From NCBI GenBank assembly GCA_035221665.1, contig CM069131.1:86056001-86120000 (forward strand): DNA of 64,000 nucleotides, given 5' to 3'. The DNA comes from Okamejei kenojei. Its lineage: Eukaryota. This document shows positions 36,598 through 48,756 of this stretch, piece by piece (the first letter of the stretch is position 1; every line of letters starts with the position of its first letter). The position numbers and the translations under genes are program-made. The notes beneath the pieces were generated by a model, which saw only the letters and a program-made list of their open reading frames with translations, did no database searches and was not told the origin of the DNA.

Positions 36598-36935
36598 GGG
36601 CCTCCTCCACGGCCAGAGTGAGCAACATCGCAAATTGGAGGAACAGCACCTCATATTCCGCTTGGGGAATCTGCATCCTCTTGGCTTGAACATTGAATTT
36701 TCTCAATTCTGTTAACCCTTGCTGTCTCCTCCCCTTCCCACCTCTCCCTCAGCCCTTGGGCTCCTCCTTTTACCTTTCTTCTCCCCGCACCCCCCACCTC
36801 CCATCAGTCTGAAGAAGGGTTTCGGCCCGAAACGTTGCCTATCTCCTTTGCTCCTTAGATGCTGCTGCACCCGCTGAGTTTCTCCAGCTTTTTGTGTACC
36901 CTCGATTTTCCAGCATCTGCAGTTCCTTCTTTAAC
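36598..36935 (+). mobile_element. 5'-truncated Penelope-like retroelement: endonuclease C-terminus, 3'UTR and hammerhead
   Basis: 36599-36715 reads GLLHGQSEQHRKLEEQHLIFRLGNLHPLGLNIEFSQFC* (PLE GIY-YIG C-terminal signature LEExxxIFxLxxLxPxGLN). 8-bp direct repeat ACATTGCA at 36590-36597 and 36936-36943. Confidence 0.85.
36809..36836 (+). ncRNA. Minimal hammerhead ribozyme motif, sense to SLIT2 pre-mRNA
   Basis: CUGAAGA-A-GGGU(UUCG)GCCC-GAAA-CGUU; stem II is capped by a UUCG loop. Confidence 0.7.
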
Positions 36936-39900
36936 ACATTGCAAACCATGCCATGTTCTCATTTAAAAATAAGAAAGCCACGCATGACAATAAGTCTAAA
37001 GTCTTAAAGCAGCCATGGCAATCACTTTTATATCTCCGTAAATCTCAGAGCACTCAAGATTGTGTGGATTGGAGCAAATAATAGAATTAACTTCTTTGGA
37101 TTGAAAGCAAGATTCACTGAATTGTTTTATAAATGAAAAGCAAAAAGCTGTACATTTATTAAATGGATGTCTGTTACGTTTGGGTTTAACCTCTTGGCTG
37201 GCTAGTTGATTTGTGGGAATTGGGAATAGGTATTAATTTTCTTTATTAGCAATTAATTTGTTCAGTCTGCAGCTCTGATCCCATCGCCTTCACGCTTACA
37301 ATGTGGGGCTGTAAAGGAGAACCAGGAGGTAAATGTTTCCAATATGTGCCCAAGTGGTAATTTTTTTAATTTAATATTTCCAAATACTGGAGCCAAACCA
37401 CACAAGGCCATGGGATTAAATCTTGATTCAAGTGGAATTAGGGAGGCTCTGGGGTAAGATTATTTTTCTCTTTTGATTTTTGTTCTGAATGAAAGGTTCA
37501 TTTGTAAAGGCACACCTGAATGTGTGCTGTGCAATTGTTTAAATCTGCCTTTAGGTTGTTTGGGGTGGATGGCATTTGGTCCAGGTGGAGGAAACACATT
37601 TGAAAGAAAGTCACCCTGGGGTATTCTATTACCCCATTTCAGTGTACAATTTGAAATATTTCTTGCCTATTAAAAGTTGTGTTTTCTGCCAAATCACAAC
37701 AATTTTGTTTAGAAATTGCTTGAAAAAATGTTTAACAGCTGAAAAGATGTACAGTTTCCATTCCTTTTTGCTTTCATGTTGGTTTTCGTATTATAAAATA
37801 TATCATAGTTCGTATATGACATTTCACATTTCATTTATCTATCATTCTTACAGATGATGGGTGGGTGAACAGCTAAATTTCTGATAGCTTTGTGTGCAAT
37901 AATATGTATTTTCTTTTGGCTATTCTGAAATGCCTGGCATCTAGAGTACATTTGAATTTTTACAAATTGGTTTTGAAATTCCTTCCCTGTCAATAACTTT
38001 AAAGATGTGTTATTGTATTAAAATTTGCCTTCAAAATTCATTCCAAGCTACAGAGTACTGATGCTACAATGCACTTAGCAACTGATTATGGGGGTGAATA
38101 TTGAGACATTCTTTGCACAACATACTAGAGACTGAACAAGTAAGTTGCCACAACTTTCTTTTTATAACCTATAAATGTGGGAAGGGTTAACCCAAGTGTC
38201 CAGTGAAGACTGGAACTGTGGGCAGATTTCTCAATCACAGCATGGCTACCCTGGTCAATTCTGGTACCTCTTGGAAAGCACATTGTTCAGTCTACTGACT
38301 GCTCATCTGAATCAAATAGATTCTGACTGTTTAATTTGGTTTGTTGGCTCACAGTTCAGTAATCATTCTGTGCTGATCAGCGGCACTGGATTGCACAAGT
38401 GTTTGACCTGAAATACTGATAACTATCGGGTAGAAATCTCTCTGTAGTATGTGCTAAAGGGAATAAATAGTAGCAGCTTTGCATTGTACATTGCTTCTGA
38501 AATTTGGTTTCTTTGAAAGAAGTGGGGTGAAATGTGTATCAACCACTATCATTCATGATTAGCACAAGATACCAAGGACTTTTTTTGAGTATATAGATGT
38601 GTGGAAGAAAATAGCATAAATGAGCTAGTTGTTGGAAGGGGTGATTTCTTCATGCAATTTATCAATATTCTGTGCATTGGTGATATGTGGAAAATAAAAT
38701 CTGAGCACATTAAGCATGGATGAGAATTGGCAGGCTTTAGTGCAGAAAGAAGACAAAAAAAAACATAACTGACTCTGTTACCAGCTCTTTGCCCTTAATT
38801 CAAAACCAGAACTTCCATTTGTCCTGTGAAATTCCTTGTGGTCACAAGCAATGCCTGTCTAAATCGAGGGCACAGGACGTTCTCATGGTTTTGTAATGAA
38901 ATAGAAAGACACCAGAAGGAAATCTCACCCTGTAGTGGAATGGTGTTCTGAACCAAACATGTACAACTCATACCATGCACTGTCAGAAAAATGAGGTGCT
39001 GCTGATTAGCCCCTGCTTGGGCACAGATCTGAGCGATAATGGAACAGGATCAAGACTACCTTTCATTGTTTTAGGCTTTAAGAAGTAATGTGCCATTGGT
39101 GTTCGTGTCCGGATGGTGTCCAAATTGCAGTATGGGTAGTAGTCTGAAAAGTTCCTGTGGAGTAGTGTGCCATTTCAAATCACCATCCACAGGCCAGCAG
39201 AGAAGGAATAGATCCACAGTTTAATAGAGATAAAAGCACAAAGAATATAAATCTACTTTACATAAGCATTTATCATTGGTTTTCCTTTTACTGCTGACAG
39301 ACGCGTTACTGCAAGTGCAACAGGCGAAAGCGATTTGTAATAGGAATAACATTTTCAGTGAATTTCTAAAATACGAAATATCTCCTTTGTTGGGCCTTTT
39401 GGCAAGGTTGTCAGTTTTGTTGACGCATAAAAGCAGGAGCTGCAGAGGGAAGTGTATCGAAAATCCTTTAGGAATTAAATTCTTCCAACCATGATTAAAG
39501 TGTATGACAGACATGTTGGATGCCATATTCCTGTACTTTTTCACTATGGCCTCTCCAGCCTCTGCCCTATTGAACACAACAATGGCCGTGCAGGCTTCAC
39601 AGGTTTCTGTTGCTACGGTTACTGTCGCCTTACTAAATCATAATCATTACTCATCCCATGAGGTGTCATGACAGCTGTTGCTGGCTTCCAACAGTAGGAA
39701 GACTTGGGGGTAATCTAGGCAGAAGAGAGGGAATTTTCAGGCAATATAGGAAGGAACTGCAGATGCTGATTTAAACCGAAGTTAGGCAGTGTTCCATAAG
39801 GTGGGTTTTAACATTTTGGCTCTGCTTGCTTGAGGCAGCTGTTGATGAGCCCTTGTAAGTCGGTCTGTGTCAACCTGGACTCCTAATTGTCATGGAAACC

Positions 39901-40942
39901 TGAGAGAGAAATGGCATTGTAAACTTTGTAACATTGAAAGGTTTTTTTTTTGCTGTTCTCGCCTGGGATTATATAGCTCTGTGTATTCATTGATTTTTTT
40001 TTTTTACACACTTCTAATATTATCATAAAATCTTTGGAAGTTTTGAATCGGATTGTTTGCTGCCCAGTGGTGGTGTGTGAATAGAACAATGTGTTTGCTT
40101 TGTCGTCTAAGCTACTGCGGCTCGTGGTGTTGTCCCACCCTGCCGGGTTGGACAAACTTCAAAGGAGCAGACCGCCTTTTGTTTCGGGGTCTCCTGCAGA
40201 ATCCAGTGACATTGCACACACTCGTATAGCCTGATGTCTTATTTACAAAGTGGTCTAATCTCTGTTGAGTAAAAGGCTTGTACTGCAGCAGCTTACAATC
40301 TTAACCAATGGAGTGCTTGACTTGCATCCTGAAAGTCAAACTCTAAATTTCCATTGAAGGATCATAGTCTGTCTACTGGGTATGGAAGGGATCTTGGTCA
40401 GACCAGCATTTTCTGATGTTTACCTAAATATTTGTTGTACAAATGAATAATGCCTTTAAAGGCTTTAAATCAACTTCCCTCCTGGGATAAATAAAGTTCT
40501 CTCTTATCGTAAGTGCAGTACATTTTAAAGTATCATCCATTTGTATAGCAAATATTTAGGTAAACTTATTATCAGAATGTGATGGTCTGGCCACTACCCA
40601 GTAGACGGCACTCTCTTCAAGGGATATTTAGAGTTTGGCAACAACTATATATATTCTTGCACTACTCGCTAAATTTCTAGTTGGTGACCAGGTCTAGTCA
40701 AGAGTGTGTAATTATCATATGTACTGACAGGGTAACAATGAAATTCTTGCTTGCAGCAGCATAACAGGCCTGTATACATAATACAGAAATAAGGAACTGC
40801 TCGGAAGAAGGGTCCCAACCTGAAGCTTCACCTCAAGTCTACTCTGCCGTTCAATCACGGCTGATCTATCTCCATCTACCTAACCCCATAACCACTGACA
40901 CCTGTACTGATAAGCATTTAGTATTTGACTGCCAACTTAAGG

Positions 40943-41238
40943 TTTAGTTTAGAGATATGTCATGGAACCAGGCTCTTTGGCCCACCCAGTCCTTACCAAC
41001 CATTGATCACCCATTCACACTAGTTCAATGTGATCCCACTTTCCCATTCACTCCCTATACACTCGGCATAATATTCAGCAGCAAAATAACCTTCATGTCA
41101 TTGGGAGGATACAGAAGCACCCGGAGGAAACCCACACAGTCAGCGGGATAACGTGCAAACTCCACACAGACAACACCAGAGGTCTGCATTGAACCTGGGT
41201 ATCTGGCATTGATTAACAGCAGCTGCGCCACTACACCA
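40943..41238 (-). mobile_element. V-SINE (HE1-like)
   Basis: Reverse complement of the SINE at 35022 (tttagtttagagat...cgtgcaaactccacacagaca...gctgcgccac). Confidence 0.75.
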
Positions 41239-41304
41239 TCCACAAATGGCCAGCTTCCATTTCTGTTCAAGTGTCAGCATTGGGTGGTAGTTGGAAAATC
41301 TGCG

Positions 41305-41702
41305 TTTAGAAGAATGAGGGGGATGTCATTGAAACATATAAGACAGTTAAGGGCTTGGACACGCTAGAGGCAGAAAACAAGTTCCCGATGTTGGTGGAGT
41401 CCAGAACCAGGAGTAACAGTTTAAGAATAAGGAGTAAGCCATTTAGAACGGAGATGAGGAAACACTTTTTCTCACAGAGAGTGGTGAGTCTGTGGAATTC
41501 TCTGCCTCAGAGGGCAGTGGAGGCAGGTTCTCTGGATACTTTCAAGAGAGAGCTAGATAGGGCTCTTAAAAATAGTGCAGTCAGGGGATATGGGGAGAAG
41601 GCAGGAACGGGGTACTGATTGGGGATGATCAGCCATGATCACATTGAATGGTGGTGCTGGCTTGAAGGGCCGAATGGCCTACTCCTGCATCTATTGTCTA
41701 TA
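41305..41702 (+). mobile_element. CR1-clade LINE 3' fragment, little diverged
   Basis: Open frame ...SRTRSNSLRIRSKPFRTEMRKHFFSQRVVSLWNSLPQRAVEAGSLDTFKRELDRALK...GYGEKAGTGY* (CR1 ORF2 C-terminus) plus tail gaagggccgaatggcctactcctgc. Confidence 0.9.
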
Positions 41703-42130
41703 AATTGGCTCAGTAAATTTATTCTAAAAGTTGTGAAGTTTTAATGACTCATGAAATGACGCAAGTTACAGCCCAGGCCAGTGCAGACATAACTGTAGTA
41801 GTTGGAGATGATGCCTCTGTGTTGCTGCATAGGAACGAGAACCCTATTCAGAGTCTGCACTGCTGATGGCAGGTGCTGAAAGAAATGCACATGCTTCAAC
41901 AAACATGCTCTTTTCAGTCCAATAATGTGTAGTGCTCTGTCAAAACTCTCACACCAATTGTCACTATCTGGGCCGTGCAATTCATAGATCTACATCCTGA
42001 AAGTGGAAGAAGTACCATTGCCATCCTCACTTGGGTTTAGATTTATTATTGTCACGTGTATTAAGGTACAGGGAAAAGCATCGTTCTGCATGCTGTCCTC
42101 TCAAATCATATAATACTACACAAATACAAT

Positions 42131-42424
42131 CTAGTTTAGAGATATAGCGTGGCAAGGCCCTTCGGCCCAACGACTCTGCACCGACCTGCTATCGCCGCAC
42201 ATTAACACTATCCTACACACACTAGGGACAATTTACACTTGGACCAAGTCAATTAACCTATAAAACCTGTACGTCTTTGGATTTTGGGGGGCATCCGCAG
42301 ATCTTGGGGAAAACCCAAGTGGTCACGGGGAGAACTACGTACAAGCAGCACCCGTAGTCAGGATCGAACCCTGGCCTCTAGCGCTGTAAGGCAGCCACTC
42401 CACTGCTGCGCCACCATGCTGCCC
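42131..42424 (-). mobile_element. V-SINE (HE1-like)
   Basis: Reverse-complement copy with intact tRNA-like head (caggatcgaaccc...ctgcgccaccatgctgccc). Confidence 0.8.
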
Positions 42425-42502
42425 AAATACTTACAGCAGCACAACTGATATGAAAACACAGTACTCTGTAAACACCTTTGTAAACAACAAAGGTTCAGTA
42501 TA

Positions 42503-44117
42503 CAGTGGCTTGCAAAAGTATTCATACCCCTTGAACTTTTCCACATTTTGTCACGTTAAAACCACAAACGTAAATGTATTTTATTGGGATTTTATGTGAT
42601 AGACCAACACAAAGTGGCACATAATTGTGAAGTGGAAATGATACATTATTTTCAAATTTTTTTACAAATAAAAAACTGAAAAGTGTGGCGTGCAAAAGTA
42701 TTCAGCCCCCTTTATTCTGATACCCCTAAATAAAATCCAGTGCAACCAATTGCCTTCAGAAGTCACCTAATTAGTAAATTGAGTCCACTTGTGCGTAATC
42801 TAATCTCAGTATAAATACAGCTGTTCTGTGAAGGCCTCAGAGGTTTGTTAGAGAACATTAGTGAACAAACAATGTTCCTTGGGCATCATGAAGCCCAAGG
42901 AACACACCAGACAGGTCAGGGATAAAGTTGTGGAGAAGTTTAAAGCAGGGTTAGGTTATAAAAAAATATCCCAAGCTTTGAACATCTCATGCAGCACTGT
43001 TCAATCCATCATCCGAAAATGGAAAGAGTATGGCACAACTGCAAACCTACCAAGACATGGCCGTCCATCTAAACTGACAGGCCGGGCAAGGAGAGCATTG
43101 ATCAGAGAAGCAGCCAAGAGGCCCATGGTAACTCTGGGGAAGCTGCAGAGATCCACAGCTCAGGTGGGAGAATCTGTCCACTGGACAACTATTTGTCATG
43201 CACTCCACAAATCGGGCCTTTATGGAAGAGTGGCAAGAAGAAAGCCATTGTTGAAACAAAGCCATAAGAAGTCTCGTTTGCAGTTTGCCACAAGCCATGT
43301 GGGGGACACAGCAAACATGTGGAGGAAGGTGCTCTGGTCTGATGAGACCAAAATTGAAGTTTTTGACCTAAATGCAAAACGCTATGTGTGGCAGAAAACT
43401 AACACTGCACATCACCCTGAACACACCATCCCCACACATGGTGGTGGCAGCATCATGCTGTGGGGATGCTTTTCTTCAGCAGGGACAGGGAAGCTGGTCA
43501 GAGTTGATGGGAAGATGGATGGATCCAAATACTGGGCAATCTTGGAAGAAAACCTGTTGGTCTGCAAAAGACTTGAGACTGGGGTGGAGGTTCACCTTCC
43601 AGCAGGACAACGACCCTAAACATACAGCCAGAGCTACAATGGAATGGTTTAGATCTAAGCATATTCATGTGTTAGAATGGCCCATTCAAAGTCCAGACCT
43701 AAATCCAATTGAGAATCTCTGGCAAGACTTGAAAATTGCTGTTCACAGACGCTCTCCATCCAATTTGACTGAGCTTGAGCTATTTTGCAAAGAACAATGG
43801 GCAAAAATGTCAGTCTCTAGATGTGCAAAGCTGGTAGAGGCATACCCCAAAAGACTTGCAGCTGTAATTGCAGCGAAAGGTGGTTCTACAAAGTATTGAC
43901 TCAGGGGGGCTGAATACTTTTGCACGCCACACTTATCAGTTTTTTTATTTGCAATAAAATTTGGAAACCATGTATAATTTTCCTTCCACTTCACAATTAT
44001 GCACCACTTTGTGTTGGTATATCACATAAAATCCCAATAAAATACATTTACGTTTGTGGTTGTAACGTGACAAAATTTGGAAAAGTTCAAGTGGTATGAT
44101 TATTTTGCAAGCCACTG
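42503..44117 (+). mobile_element. Full-length Tc1 (IR/DR type, Passport-like) DNA transposon, 1615 bp
   Basis: TA-flanked (42501-42502, 44118-44119); ~210-bp TIRs starting CAGTGGCTTGCAAAA with an inner direct repeat GTGCAAAAGTATTCAGCCCCC; central DD34E transposase. Confidence 0.97.
42888..43899 (+). pseudogene. Tc1 DD34E transposase with one frameshift
   Basis: MKPKEHTRQVRDKVVEKFKAGLGYKKIS...GRPSKL...WSDETK...HGGGSIMLWGCF. Frame switch at ~43560 (ENLL|SAKDLRLG) into FQQDNDPKH...SPDLNPIENLW...KGGSTKY*. There are 34 residues between the second D and the E. TIPT-HGGG appears to lack the usual VK. Confidence 0.93.
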
Positions 44118-44199
44118 TATATATGAACAAAAAACTAACAATTAAAGTGCAAAGGCAAAAATTAGGTCCATGTTGTTTAGAACATATTTGGAGGTTGTA

Positions 44200-44660
44200 A
44201 TGTTTAAAAGCCTGATAATTGGCTGTTGATAGGAGCTGCTCCTGAACCTGGATGATAGTTTTCAGGCTCCTATTCCTTCTTCCCGATGGCAGGAGTGTGG
44301 CCAGGGTGGTGTGTGTCTCTGATGATGCTGGCTGCTTTTTTAAGGGAGTGACTCCTATAGATCCTTTTGATGATGGGGAGTTCAGTAACCATGATGGTTA
44401 TGGAATATAGTTCTCAGCATAGTTCACGTACCCAAGTGTCCAAAAAGTCCACAATAGGGTAGAAGATAATTGACCAGTGCCCAGGCATATGGAAGGACCA
44501 TTCAAAAGCCTGACAAGAGGGGAAGAAGCTGTTCCTGGGTCTGGTAGTGCATGCATTCAAGCTTCTATACCTTCTGCCCGACGAGAGTGGGAAGAAGGAG
44601 GAATGTCCGGGGTGGGACATGTCTTTGACTATGATGGCTGCTTCTGTAAGGCAGCTTGAA
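44200..44660 (-). mobile_element. Rex1/Babar LINE C-terminal fragments
   Basis: Minus-strand HPGHSSFFPLSSGRRYRSLNACTTRPRNSFFP motif, with a second degenerate copy at ~44220-44340. Confidence 0.7.
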
Positions 44661-45522
44661 ATTGGGTTAATTACAGTAAATCTTTTGAGATTTTGCATCT
44701 TGATTGCTGGAGGAGATGACCTCTTGAAGCAAAGTGTGCACTTAGATTTGACAAGTGAGGCATCTATGGAAAGATTCAAAGGAATTGGTTTCTGAACGGT
44801 GTAAATGGTAGGGAGGGCTGCTCTGCTTTCTCCTTATTTGGTGTGAATAATAACAGTCCATATCTGTGTGGTGTTCCTGTGTTGCAATGTAATTTGAAAC
44901 GGATGTATGTGGCTGAAGTCACAGCCTTTTTTTCCCTCCAGACTACTCAATGCATCCAGCATTAATGTTCAGCATCAAAGCATTGAAAATTGTTCAAATT
45001 AAAATATTGCCCTGCCTGTAACCGTGTCGCCAGCATGATGTGAATGGGATGGGAAGCATGTTAGACATTTAAAGTGGCGATAGATTGGAAACATTGCCAC
45101 GTTTAACTGAATCGCACTTTCATTAATTATAGACCACACTTGGTATATAATTACATAGTGGGTGAAGTGTTTATAAACATTAGGGAAGAGCAGACATGAC
45201 GGGTTGATTCATTGCACTTGGTTGCTGGAGGAGAGGAGTCGCTCACAGACTAATCCTTGCACAGTTTCTCATTTGTGCAACCCATCCCACAACCAGTACC
45301 AAAATACTTTCTCTATGAATGCTCCATCAGTGCAGATGAGTGAAGAGCATTTCCGTATCTGCTGCCTAATTGGGTTTACATTAACAGAACACAGGAACTG
45401 CCTCCCAAGTCCATCTGGCTCATTGAACTCATTGCTGCCCCTGGTCAGATGGACCAAGGAGATGCAAAGGGACAAAAATATTGTGGCTGTAAACCTGATT
45501 TAAGAGTTGACTATGGTCTCAA

Positions 45523-45797
45523 GGGGTGACACCGTGTTAGCGTTGCTGCTTTACTGCGCCAAATACTCTGGTTTGATCCTGACAAGGGAGTTGCCTGTAT
45601 GGAGTTTGTACATTCTCCTGCGTGGGTTTTCCCCGGTTGCTCCAGTTTCCTCCCGCATTCAAAAGACGTGCAGGTTTGTGGGTTAATTGGCTTCTGTAAA
45701 TTGTCCCAAGTCTGTAGTTTTGAACTAGTAATTGTTGGTCAGCACGGACTCGGTGGGCTGAAGGGCCTGTTTCCCGCTATATTTTTAAACTGAAACA
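45523..45797 (+). mobile_element. V-SINE (HE1-like)
   Basis: tgtatggagtttgtacattctcc domain and cacggactcggtgggctgaagggcctgtttcc tail. Confidence 0.75.
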
Positions 45798-47400
45798 AAG
45801 AGGGTCATTTAGGCTGCCTGGAGTGAAGAGGCAAGCTTACATTTCAAATACAATCATCAGTCTCAATGTTTGTTCAAAGAGTTTGATCTAAAGCAGGCAC
45901 CCAGAGAGGTCTCTGGTTTGCTTCTTAGTTTGTCCTGCCTTGTTTAATCTTACCTGGGGCAGTGAGCAAGTTTCTGTATCCCTTGACAGAGGAGTTCAAT
46001 AATCAACGCACTAATATTCAATCATTAACCTACATTGTAACTGAAACCTTAGGATAGCTAAAACATAAATTAGCTGGCTGACTGGGAAAACACACTGAAA
46101 ATCTGTTGCAGCATGAACTGTTGCAGTGTGATTTATTTTTCACAGAACAGATTACATTTATTTCATGCTCCAAACAGTTTACGTTTTTTGACCGAAGACA
46201 ATTGTATGTAATCTAATCCTGCTGTTAGCATGGCTCCCAATTAAAAGTACTGCAAACAAAATTGCTGCCTTTTGAAATTGTGCTTAATTGTATTGGTGAC
46301 TTGAGTGCAAAGTGAATGCACATGAGCACCATGGGAGGTTGGTACTGGGCTGGCTGTGATCTGTGTCCGAGTAAGTAGCAGCTTCTCAATGTACACACTC
46401 ATTGCCAAGCAGCTAATTTCGTAGTATTCAATGGTTACAAGAGCTGTATAAATGATGGTTACCCGGGTGAGGTGGTATCCAGTGGTTGAGGGTGTGGTTT
46501 TACTCGGCTGAGGAGTGCGATGAATGCCAGGACTGACTGGATTAAGATTTGTTGAGGCAGACTGAAAATTGGAGGGCTTCCCACAGCTGTGGTGGATGGG
46601 GCTTGCTGTGAGTGCGGTGTGTGGTAGGGCGTGTTGTGCCAGATTTTGTGAGAATAATGGGGGCAGGTGGGGGAGGAGAAAGGAGATAAGGGGGGGAGAG
46701 AAAATGGAGGGGATGGGGTGGTGGGGAGGGAAGAGGCTTGGGGAGAAAACAGGGGCATCTTATGGACAAAATTACCGCTGTCATAAGGGCACAAGCTGTC
46801 TCCAATGACTGCACACATTGTGTGAGGTTCTATTAAATAAGTGGGAAAGGATCAAAAAAAATATAAAGCAGGATCTGCCAGTTGGCCTTCCCTGAAATCT
46901 AGCATTTATTTTTAAAAGCTCTGCAATCCTTAACTGTTACTATGTTCAGGGGTAAATTCTAACGGCAGCTCTTCAGGCCATTCAGACAATGCACATAATG
47001 GTATATTTTCTTATGGCAAGCTTGAGGTTCACAACTTCCTCTCGCTGGGTAAACATTTCACATACCCGTAAGTGAAGAATCTGGACACATTTCCAGTCCA
47101 TCCATCCTCGATAGCCAGAGAACTTTGCAGCTTCAGCTTTATCTGAGAATAATACTTTAAGACATAAGTTGGTCAAAGGAGCAGATTTTAAGAAGCTTCA
47201 TAAAAGCAGAAAGAGATGGAGAGGGCAATGGTACCTGATGGCACAGTGTCTGTGGGTGAAAACGTTAAAATCAAGGGGTCAAAATTAAAATCAAGGGGTC
47301 AAAATTAAAAGGGGAAGAAATGAGTAAATTCAGTGGGATGTAAAAACAAGGGTTCAAATATTACAACTGAGGTATTGCTAGACTAGCGGCCAATGCCATC

Positions 47401-47680
47401 GGGTGTCACAGTGGCGCAGCGGAGAGTTACTGCCTCACAGTCCCTAGTTCGATTCGGAATATGGGTACTGTCTGAACGGAGTTTGTACATTTTCCTTGTG
47501 TGGATTTTCTCCAAGTGCTTCGGATTCCTCCCACACCCCATAGATATATGGGTTTGTAGGTTAACTAGCTTCTGTAAATTCAAAATTGTCTTTAGTGTGT
47601 AGGATAGTGCTAGTATATGGGGTGACTGCTGCCCGGCGTGGGCTGAAGGGCCTGTTTCTATGCAGTACCTCGAGTCTAAA
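47401..47680 (+). mobile_element. V-SINE (HE1-like)
   Basis: gtggcgcagcggagagttactgcctcacag head, V-domain, and gggctgaagggcctgtttc tail. Confidence 0.75.
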
Positions 47681-48059
47681 GTCTGAATACAAGTCAGTGA
47701 TAACCGAGACAAAGACTGTACAGTCAAAGTCTGATGTACAGATTCAAGACAAAAAGAGTGGTTTTAAGTAGATCTTGCATGACTTTGGTCAGGCAAAGCA
47801 TATTACCACCAATGAAGTACTTTTGAAATGTAATAGATGTAAAACAGTGGCCTATTGTGCACAGAAAACTCACAGAAATAGCACCACGAAGATATGGAAA
47901 ATGTCTTTAAACATTGTTAATTTGAGGAATAATTATCGTTGGGAGAACGAGGGACAACTTCCACAGTTTATTCATCGAAAACAGATGAGGCAAAATGTCT
48001 TTAATCGCAGTCATGAGTCTTTGAAACTCTCTTACTCACCAAGCGGTGGAGCAGAGTTA

Positions 48060-48756
48060 AGGCCCTGTCCCACTTATGCGTCCTTGGCACGTAAATTATG
48101 CGACCTCATCGTCGCGTTGAGGTGCACGGGCATCGTGTGGCCATGCGGGACCGGTCCCACTGAGAAGCACGGAGGGATATGGAGTTGTGCACGGTATCGC
48201 GCGGTGCTCCGTGATTTTGTACCGCACAAAATCTTCGCGCACCACCGGCCTGTCGCGTAACTGAAGGCCAGGGCAGTGGGACAGGCCCAAGACCCTGGCA
48301 CGATGCTACGTCACATCTCCAACAGCAGCAGAAGCAGGCAAACAATCGTCAAACGCAGCCTGGGGCCCACGGCCGTTGCGGATCCGGATCCGCCCCCACT
48401 TCAACTTCCAGAGCGGGGCCAAGAAAATTGAAGATAGACACAAAATAAAGGAGTAACTCAGCGGGACCGACAGCATCTCTGGAGGGAAGGAATGGATGAC
48501 GTTTTGGGTCAAGCCCCTTCTTTCAGACCGAAGAAGGGTCTCGACCCGAAACTTCACCCATTGCTTCTCTCCAGAGATGCTGCCAGTCCAGCTGAGTTAC
48601 TCCTGCATTTTGTGTCTATCTTCAAATGACGTCACACGCTCCAGGTGGCTGTGTGGGCGCGTGTAATCGCACGACTCTAGCGGGACCGTCGCACCTTAAT
48701 GCGACGCCGAGGTAGCTTAATTAGCGTGCCAAGGACACGTAAGTAGGACAGGGGCT
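48060..48756. mobile_element. PIF/Harbinger-like non-autonomous DNA transposon carrying a palindromic PLE insert
   Basis: Long imperfect TIRs AGGCCCTGTCCCACTTATGCGTCCTTGGCACG... / ...CGTGCCAAGGACACGTAAGTAGGACAGGGGCT; TTA/TAA flanks (TTAA on both sides); CpG-rich. Confidence 0.7.
48428..48625. mobile_element. Symmetric PLE/hammerhead foldback (~200-nt palindrome)
   Basis: TTGAAGATAGACACAAAAT...ATTTTGTGTCTATCTTCAA, with two degenerate hammerhead cores back to back around 48525-48530. Confidence 0.8.

Noticed and set aside
47265-47310. 20-bp tandem duplication (TTAAAATCAAGGGGTCAAAA) and the T9A20 run at 22042-22070
   Set aside because: Ordinary slippage or low-complexity features with no further structure.
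47775-48557. Cluster of 75-161 aa ORFs
   Set aside because: They overlap a GC-rich MITE and a decayed SINE, with no recognisable domain.
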